Assembly: GCA_036676395.1 (NCBI GenBank)
Contig: JAKFCY010000002.1
Span: 2,208,001-2,272,000 of the forward strand
Direction of reading: 5' to 3'
Length of the DNA stretch: 64,000 nucleotides
From: Bdellovibrio sp.
Lineage (GTDB): Bacteria > Bdellovibrionota > Bdellovibrionia > Bdellovibrionales > Bdellovibrionaceae
Below the pieces are notes generated by a model. That model made no database searches. It was given only the letters and a program-made list of their open reading frames with translations, and was not told the DNA's origin. A program made the position numbers and the translations under genes. Shown here one piece after another: positions 57,685-64,000 of this stretch. Each line of letters begins with the position of its first letter. The stretch's first letter is position 1.

Positions 57685-58851
57685 CTATCTGTACGCCGGT
57701 ATACCGGTGATATATTCGCCAATAATCAATCTATGTATATCTTCAGTGCCTTCGTACGTATTCACGCTCTCTAAATTTAACAGATGACGGCCACACTGAT
57801 ATTCGTAAGTAATGCCGCTGGCTCCAAGAATGTCTCGAGTCACTCTGGCGCAATCCAGTGCCATTGATACGTTATTCATTTTAGCCATCGAAATTTGAAC
57901 AGGTAAGGCTTTACCTGCATCTTTCAAACGCCCAAGTTGCACTGCCAAAAGCTGCGCCTTGGTTATTTCTGTAATCATATTAGCAAGTTTTGCCTGTACT
58001 AATTGATAACCCGCAATAGGTTTGTCAAACTGAACTCTGGTCTTTGCGTAACTCAAGCCTTCGTCATAACAAGCCATAGCAGCGCCGATTGCACCCCATG
58101 AAATTCCAAAACGGGCATTATTCAAACAGGCAAATGGACCTTTTAAACCCTGAACTTCAAGAACTTGTGATGCTGGAACTCGCACATTATCAAAAATTAA
58201 TTCAGATGTGACCGAAGCTTTGAGTGAAAATTTTTTTTGAATATCACGAACTGAAAAACCGGGTGTTTCACGGTCGACGATAAAACCACGAATCTTTTTA
58301 TCATCATCCTTCGCCCAGACAATGGCCAGATCAGAAAACCCGCCGTTTGTGATCCACATTTTTGCACCATTAATAATATAATCATTACCATCTTTTGTCG
58401 CACGGGTGATCATGCCGCCAGGATTTGAACCGTAGTCAGGTTCGGTCAATCCAAAACAGCCTATCAGCTCCCCCTTCGCCATCTTCGGCAAATATTTTTT
58501 CTTTTGTTCTTCCGTGCCGAATGCATAAATTGGAAACATACACAGTGCACCTTGAACACTGACAAATGAACGTATACCTGAATCACCACGCTCAAGTTCT
58601 TGCATAATAACACCGTAAGAGGTGTAACTCAGCCCGGCGCAACCGTATCCTTTAATAGTTGCTCCCAGCGTTCCCATCTCGGCCAGTTGCGAAATAAGCT
58701 TCATCGGAAAGCGGCCCGCTTCGTAATCTTCAGCTATAGTTGGAAGTATCTCTTTTGAAACAAAGTGTCGCACTGATTTCTGAATATCTCTTTCTTCATC
58801 GCTAAGTAAATTTTCAATATTAAAAATATCGCCTGGATTAAAGTTTTTCAT
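57685..58851 (-). CDS. gcdH: Acyl-CoA dehydrogenase, glutaryl-CoA dehydrogenase type
   Basis: ELERGDSG, GCFGLTEPDYGS, KMWITNG, CLNNARFGISWG, NTYEGT. Confidence 0.85.
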   Translation of the reverse strand: MKNFNPGDIFNIENLLSDEERDIQKSVRHFVSKEILPTIAEDYEAGRFPMKLISQLAEMGTLGATIKGYGCAGLSYTSYGVIMQELERGDSGIRSFVSVQGALCMFPIYAFGTEEQKKKYLPKMAKGELIGCFGLTEPDYGSNPGGMITRATKDGNDYIINGAKMWITNGGFSDLAIVWAKDDDKKIRGFIVDRETPGFSVRDIQKKFSLKASVTSELIFDNVRVPASQVLEVQGLKGPFACLNNARFGISWGAIGAAMACYDEGLSYAKTRVQFDKPIAGYQLVQAKLANMITEITKAQLLAVQLGRLKDAGKALPVQISMAKMNNVSMALDCARVTRDILGASGITYEYQCGRHLLNLESVNTYEGTEDIHRLIIGEYITGIPAYR

Positions 58852-58862
58852 ATATTCCTTTG

Positions 58863-59780
58863 TTATGTGAATGATTGAATAAGTTTCTGTAAATCTGTGA
58901 TTGACGGCCGTAGCTGTTGTTCATTGAGTTCACGCAGCGGCGTAGCTGTTAAATTTGTATATTGATGAAATGGCTCTGTATTTTCATTCCTATAAATGAG
59001 CCCTGTCAGAATTTTTTCTTTCTCTTTAGCTTCGGCCAAAAGACGCACCGCCAACCTTTTATCTTTGGCATCATATGCAGGTAAACTATGTATTACTTCT
59101 ACTAGCGGCAGACTTTGCTCTTTAAGATAATCGTAACTTTTTGTTGAACCCTCGTGATTGTTAAAAGTAATACACGGCGAAACAATATCAATGATAGCAG
59201 TGCCCGCATGTTGAATTGCTTGTTTTAAAATATTCACAGTCAACTTTGTATTCGACGACCCTGTGCGTGCGACAAAATCACAACCCATTTCAAGTGCAAA
59301 AGAACATATATCAATGCCTTCATAAAAGTTTCTTCGACCCGATTTTAAAATCGATTTTTTATCTGCAGTTGGTGAAAATTGCCCTTTGGTTAATCCGTAA
59401 ACACCGTTATTAGCTACGATGTAAATCATTTTCACATTACGACGAATTAAATGGGCAAATCCCCCCAAACCAATACTGGCTGAATCACCGTCGCCACTAA
59501 TGCCGATATAGATTAAATTTGTGTTAGCAACATGGGCTCCCGTTGCTATTGGCGCCATACGACCGTGCATTGAGTTTATGCCCTGCGATTTTGACATGAA
59601 GTATCCTGGAAGTTTTGACGAACACCCAATGCCCGAAGTCTTAATAACATCGTAAGGGTCAATGCCAAGTTCAAAAAAAGCTGAAATAATATTTTGTGTG
59701 ATTTGATCATGGCCGCACCCCGTGCAAAGCGTTGACTTTCCGCCAGTGTAATCAGCGCGAGTCAGAGAAGAATTACTCAT
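58863..59780 (-). CDS. 2-oxoacid:ferredoxin oxidoreductase beta subunit
   Basis: CTGCG, SGIGCSS, MHGR, GDGD...NN TPP motif, YGLTKGQ, SPC. Confidence 0.92.
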   Translation of the reverse strand: MSNSSLTRADYTGGKSTLCTGCGHDQITQNIISAFFELGIDPYDVIKTSGIGCSSKLPGYFMSKSQGINSMHGRMAPIATGAHVANTNLIYIGISGDGDSASIGLGGFAHLIRRNVKMIYIVANNGVYGLTKGQFSPTADKKSILKSGRRNFYEGIDICSFALEMGCDFVARTGSSNTKLTVNILKQAIQHAGTAIIDIVSPCITFNNHEGSTKSYDYLKEQSLPLVEVIHSLPAYDAKDKRLAVRLLAEAKEKEKILTGLIYRNENTEPFHQYTNLTATPLRELNEQQLRPSITDLQKLIQSFT

Positions 59781-61596
59781 TATCTGCTCCCTTATTTTTA
59801 TTTTCACTTTCGGCAATGCGGTTCGCTAATTCTATAGCCTGCATGGGTATCCCAGAATAATGCTTAACAGAATTAAATCTTTGCCAATACTCTGGATAAT
59901 GTACCTTCAGTAGATCAAACACCTGACTGCTTTGATTCAAGTCTAAAACATAAACCATTTTTTTTCGCTGGATGTACTCTTTAACCTTGCTATGAAATGG
60001 CAATGACCGAATCCGTAAATAATCACAATGAATATTTTTTTCCGCAAGTAGCTGAATAGTTTCAAGCAGAATTTCAGCAGCTGATCCATAACAGACTATT
60101 CCTACATCAAAGCCTTGATCTTGAATGACTGGTTCTGGTAAAACTAACACCGACTGCTGCCATTTTTTTTCTAAACGATCAACGACCTCGATATATTCAT
60201 TTTCTTTTTCTGTATAGACACCTTTGATATTATGACCAGATCCACGGGTTAAATAAGCCGCGTCAGGGTGTCTTGTTCCTGGCAATGCTCGTGCTGCGAC
60301 GCCATCACTCTCTGCGCTAAAGTAGCGTTGGTAACGCTGACCTTGAAGTGCCATTTGTTCCAAGTTTTCGGATGTTAAAACTTTACCCCGGTTAAATCGT
60401 TGATCAGAAAACCGAAATTGATTAGTTCTCCAGATATTCATTCCTATATCTAAATCAGACAACACATAAACTAGTGTCTGCAAACCTTCAGCAATATCCA
60501 ATGCCAACTGTGCAAATTCAAAACACTCTTCTGGATGACCAGGCAATAAAAGTGGAAAATGCGTATCTCCATGTGACGAATAGTAAGCTGCAGAAATGTC
60601 TCCCTGCGCACTTCGCGTCGGCATGCCTGTCGAAGGACCTGCGCGTTGTACATTCCAAATTACACAAGGGATTTCTGCGTAATAAGCATACCCAGCTGCT
60701 TCGTGCATCAAACTAAGTCCCGGACCAGACGTGGCTGTGAAAGACCTTGCCCCATTCCAACCGGCGCCCAAGGTCATGCAAATACTTGATAGTTCATCTT
60801 CAGCCTGTATCACCGAAAAATTATTTTTTCCATCATCTGAAACTCGATACTTCTGACAGAATTTTTCAAAACTTTCCATCAGAGACGTCGACGGAGTTAT
60901 CGGATACCACGATGCAAATGTAGCCCCTCCATAGAGCATGCCTAGCGCTGCCGCTGTATTGCCGTCAATTAACATTTGATTTGAATTTTTCTGTGTCGGC
61001 ACAATTTTGATAGGAAGTTGAATGTCCGAAAGTTTTTCTCTAACGAATTTAACACCAAGACTAAATGCATTACGATTTTGGCGTAGCACGTTTTCATTCT
61101 TTAAAAAGAATTCTGTTAACGTTTCCTCCACAAGATTAGACGGCAGTCTCAATAACTCAGAGACAACACCGACGTAAACAGAATTAACTAAATATTTTTT
61201 GTATTTAACTTGTTCAGACGCCTGCCCCGCCAACTCATAAAAAGGAACTGAAATATAAAACAAATCATCGCGACTTGCAGCGAATGTATTTTTACTTTTG
61301 CTATCAAAAATAAAAACACTGCCTGCCTGAGCATTCTGATGATCGTCGATCAATGTTTGATCATTCAAAGCCACTGTAATATCGGCTTTAAGCTGTAGCC
61401 CGGTATACCCCGCTTCAGAAGCTCGCAAATAATACCACGTTGGCATACCTTGAATATTAGAAGGAAAAATATTTTTTGCGCCTACAGGTATTCCTGTTCG
61501 AAATAAAGATTTAAGCAAAATTTGATTCGAAGTTTGTGAGCCGCTGCCATTAACAGTCGCTATTTTTATTGAAAAGTTATTTACACTAACAGACAT
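59773..61596 (-). CDS. 2-oxoacid:ferredoxin oxidoreductase alpha subunit (gamma-alpha fusion)
   Basis: YPITP, QAEDE, TSGPG, QRAGPSTG, SHGD. Confidence 0.92.
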   Translation of the reverse strand: MSVSVNNFSIKIATVNGSGSQTSNQILLKSLFRTGIPVGAKNIFPSNIQGMPTWYYLRASEAGYTGLQLKADITVALNDQTLIDDHQNAQAGSVFIFDSKSKNTFAASRDDLFYISVPFYELAGQASEQVKYKKYLVNSVYVGVVSELLRLPSNLVEETLTEFFLKNENVLRQNRNAFSLGVKFVREKLSDIQLPIKIVPTQKNSNQMLIDGNTAAALGMLYGGATFASWYPITPSTSLMESFEKFCQKYRVSDDGKNNFSVIQAEDELSSICMTLGAGWNGARSFTATSGPGLSLMHEAAGYAYYAEIPCVIWNVQRAGPSTGMPTRSAQGDISAAYYSSHGDTHFPLLLPGHPEECFEFAQLALDIAEGLQTLVYVLSDLDIGMNIWRTNQFRFSDQRFNRGKVLTSENLEQMALQGQRYQRYFSAESDGVAARALPGTRHPDAAYLTRGSGHNIKGVYTEKENEYIEVVDRLEKKWQQSVLVLPEPVIQDQGFDVGIVCYGSAAEILLETIQLLAEKNIHCDYLRIRSLPFHSKVKEYIQRKKMVYVLDLNQSSQVFDLLKVHYPEYWQRFNSVKHYSGIPMQAIELANRIAESENKNKGADNE

Positions 61597-61630
61597 GCTT
61601 CTATTTTTGTCGACCTATGATGATTTAGAT

Positions 61631-61644
61631 ATGACATAAGTCAT
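61631..61644. promoter_or_regulatory. Fnr/Dnr-type box for the OFOR-gcdH operon
   Basis: ATGAC-ATAA-GTCAT, palindromic arms centred 41.5 bp from the ATG. Confidence 0.72.
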
Positions 61645-61751
61645 ACTAACAGCAGAATAAATCTGTGATATTGCAGATATAACAAAGCATATAGATATAC
61701 CAAAACCACTATTTAAATTCGGGCCTCAGGGCGCACCTAATGCGATTTGAA

Positions 61752-62351
61752 CTAAGGCATCTGCTTCCAATTTACGACCGCCATATAACGCTCAACAAGC
61801 TTGCCTTTTCCATCAATCGGATTTTTATGCACGATAATAGTTGAAGGTAATCTATCGATATTAAAACTTTTTTGCAGATACCCTTCCGGATCCCAGAGCT
61901 GCAAATACATCGGCGCATTCAAATCAGGAAAGCTCTTTAAAAACTTATCAATAGCCCCAACCTCGTAATCAACCGATACAAGGACGACTTTCATAGAGCC
62001 TGACTTAATCGCCTCACTATGCCGCTTTAAATACGAAAGTAGGTCAGGAATTTCATTGATACAGGGATCGCACCAAGAAGCCCAAAAATGCAGGATCAAT
62101 TTATCGGTCTTTGTTGTATCTGGCATTAAAGGTAAACGCTCTGCCGAGATCACTTTACCTTCGTAAGTTTGAAACTTCTCACGCTCTTCAGAAATCAAAC
62201 CGATGGTTTGATCAATCGTCACTTGCGTATCTTCAATTTTTTCAGCCGTGGTCGTATAGAAGTAATAGTTCTTAAGATAGAACACGCCACCAATACCAAT
62301 GATCGCTAACACAAAAAATAAAATTAACAATTTAGCTTTCACTGTAATCAC
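61752..62351 (-). CDS. TlpA/ResA-like membrane-anchored thioredoxin
   Basis: N-terminal TM, HFWASWCDPC, cis-Pro LPST. Confidence 0.87.
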   Translation of the reverse strand: MITVKAKLLILFFVLAIIGIGGVFYLKNYYFYTTTAEKIEDTQVTIDQTIGLISEEREKFQTYEGKVISAERLPLMPDTTKTDKLILHFWASWCDPCINEIPDLLSYLKRHSEAIKSGSMKVVLVSVDYEVGAIDKFLKSFPDLNAPMYLQLWDPEGYLQKSFNIDRLPSTIIVHKNPIDGKGKLVERYMAVVNWKQMP

Positions 62352-62410
62352 CTCGTGGAGACTTAATGCTTACTCGCCTTCAGCGAGATAAGGCTACCAA
62401 GGTTTTTGGT

Positions 62411-62443
62411 AAAAAAAAAGCCCCGGATTTCTCCAGGGCTTTT
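62411..62443 (-). terminator. Terminator of the alpha operon
   Basis: GC-rich stem followed by a 9-T run on the minus strand, downstream of rplQ. Confidence 0.8.
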
Positions 62444-62504
62444 ATTAGCTTTGAAACTATTTTGTTCTATTGCGACAAAACTACCGAGCTGTTTAGCTAC
62501 TAAC

Positions 62505-63071
62505 CTAGCGGTTAAGAGCTTGAGAAGCTTGACGAGATTTGTTTTGCATTTTGCGCACTGATTTTTTCAGTGTTTTAACTGCAATTGCAGAAGCTTTTTT
62601 AGCTTTGCTTGCCGCTTTTTCTACTGTTTTATCAGCAGCTTTAGCGCCTTTAGCAGCTTTTGTAGCTTTCGTTGCTTTTGCAGCTGGTGCTGCAGCTTTA
62701 GCAGTCTTGAAATCGTAATCTACGAATTCTAAGAAAGCCATCTCAGCAGTGTCACCAGGACGACGACCGATTTTGATAACGCGAGTGTAACCGCCATCAC
62801 GATCTTTAAAGCGTGGAGCGATGTTTTTCACGATAGCAAGAGCTGCGTCTTGGCTAGCTAAGCGAGAGATCAAAAGACGAATTGAATTTAAGTTATCTTT
62901 TTTACCAAGAGTAACTGCTTTTTCAATGTGTCTTCTAACTTCTTTAGCGCGAGTAACAGTAGTTTTGATACGACCGTGCTCAACTAAAGAATTCATAAGG
63001 CCTCTGATTAAAGCCTTACGAGGACCAGATTTACGACTAAAATGTTTTACTAAACGACGATGTGATGCCAT
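62505..63071 (-). CDS. rplQ: 50S ribosomal protein L17 with Ala/Lys-rich C-terminal extension
   Basis: [32 protein letters not shown]; follows rpoA. Confidence 0.97.
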   Translation of the reverse strand: MASHRRLVKHFSRKSGPRKALIRGLMNSLVEHGRIKTTVTRAKEVRRHIEKAVTLGKKDNLNSIRLLISRLASQDAALAIVKNIAPRFKDRDGGYTRVIKIGRRPGDTAEMAFLEFVDYDFKTAKAAAPAAKATKATKAAKGAKAADKTVEKAASKAKKASAIAVKTLKKSVRKMQNKSRQASQALNR

Positions 63072-63090
63072 TTTTTTATTCCCTTACTAA

Positions 63091-64000
63091 TTACGATTCA
63101 CGTTTTGCAGGAGGTGGAACATTTGGATCCCATCCTGGAGGTGGCCATCCCTCGATTTTCATCCCTAAACCTAAGCCCATTTCAACCAAGATCTCTTTAA
63201 TTTCATTTAAAGATTTACGGCCGAAGTTTTTAGTTTTAAGCATTTCCGCCTCTGAACGAACAACTAATTCACCGATGTAACGGATGTTAGCGTTTTTCAG
63301 ACAGTTTGCAGAACGAACACTTAACTCAAGATCATCAACTGATCTAAATAAGTTTTCGTTCAACGAAGAAGAACCCATTGATTTAATTTCATCAGATGGC
63401 TCTAAAGATTCATCGAAAGTTAAGAAGATTTGTAATTGTTCTTTTAAGATTTTTGAAGCTAAAGAAACTGCTTCATCTGCCTTAATAGAACCATCAGTCC
63501 ATACTTCTAAAGTTAATGCATCGTAATCAGTACGTTGACCAACACGAGCATTTGAAACTGCGTAGTTAACTTTACGGATTGGAGAGTGAAGAGCATCTAC
63601 GGCGATGTAGCCAACTGCCATTTGTTCACTTCTGTTTTCAACTGGAGAATAACCGCGGCCGTAAGCCACAACTAATTCAGCAGAGAAAGATCCGTTATTA
63701 CCCAGAGTAGCAATGTGCTGATATGGATTCAAAACTTCGATTTTATCGTTAGTTACGATATCCGCAGCCGTTACAACGCCTGGACCTTTTTTGTTAATAC
63801 GTAGCGTGTAAGTTTCAGCAGTGTGCTGTCTGAAACGAACTTGTTTAAGGTTCAAGATGATGTCTGAAACATCTTCTAAAACATCTGGCATCGTAGAGAA
63901 CTCATGTAAAACTCCATCAAGTTTTACAGCAGTTACAGCCGATCCCATCATAGAGCTTAATAAAATTCTTCTTAAAGAATTTCCAAGAGTAACACCAAAG
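63091..64000 (-). CDS. rpoA: RNA polymerase alpha subunit (5' end beyond the window)
   Basis: [51 protein letters not shown]. Confidence 0.98.
   Translation of the reverse strand, partial: FGVTLGNSLRRILLSSMMGSAVTAVKLDGVLHEFSTMPDVLEDVSDIILNLKQVRFRQHTAETYTLRINKKGPGVVTAADIVTNDKIEVLNPYQHIATLGNNGSFSAELVVAYGRGYSPVENRSEQMAVGYIAVDALHSPIRKVNYAVSNARVGQRTDYDALTLEVWTDGSIKADEAVSLASKILKEQLQIFLTFDESLEPSDEIKSMGSSSLNENLFRSVDDLELSVRSANCLKNANIRYIGELVVRSEAEMLKTKNFGRKSLNEIKEILVEMGLGLGMKIEGWPPPGWDPNVPPPAKRES

Noticed and set aside
35987..61644. Claim that the island is a recent horizontal acquisition
   Set aside because: No mobility genes or flanking repeats were seen, and I cannot compute GC or codon bias reliably by eye; gene phylogenies are needed.

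Overview
AT-rich chromosomal window that looks like a Bdellovibrionota (Bdellovibrio/Pseudobdellovibrio-like) genome; the taxonomy is inferred from gene content and protein style, not from a search. No rRNA, tRNA, CRISPR array, transposase or integrase was seen. Left part (1-35.9 kb): a TPP-riboswitch-controlled YkoEDC-like ECF transporter with a divergent thiamine pyrophosphokinase; exported hydrolases; stress-family small proteins (CsbD, DUF1328, DUF883, YqjE-like, OmpA-type) behind four good sigma-54 (-24/-12) promoters and next to an NtrC-type activator; a 997-aa lipoprotein of 14+1 four-cysteine 56-aa repeats behind a FliA-like promoter; an aldolase-mtnA-mtnP (DHAP-shunt-type) operon; and a DegT-kdsA-flippase-TIGR03546/TIGR03545 envelope operon. 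Right part (36-61.7 kb): a low-oxygen/nitric-oxide island with class III RNR (nrdGD), two Crp/Fnr regulators, HiPIP, ResB, a PLP decarboxylase, hemN/hemY, hemerythrin, norCBQD, a nirK-cytochrome c fusion with accessory genes, nnrS, and a 2-oxoacid:ferredoxin oxidoreductase-gcdH operon. The strongest sequence-level result is that six copies of a non-canonical Fnr-like palindrome (ATGAT-N4-ATCAT type) tie this island together with class II (-41.5) geometry. For three genes the predicted +1 falls exactly on the A of the ATG (leaderless), and one box appears to drive two divergent promoters. The window ends in rplQ and a partial rpoA.
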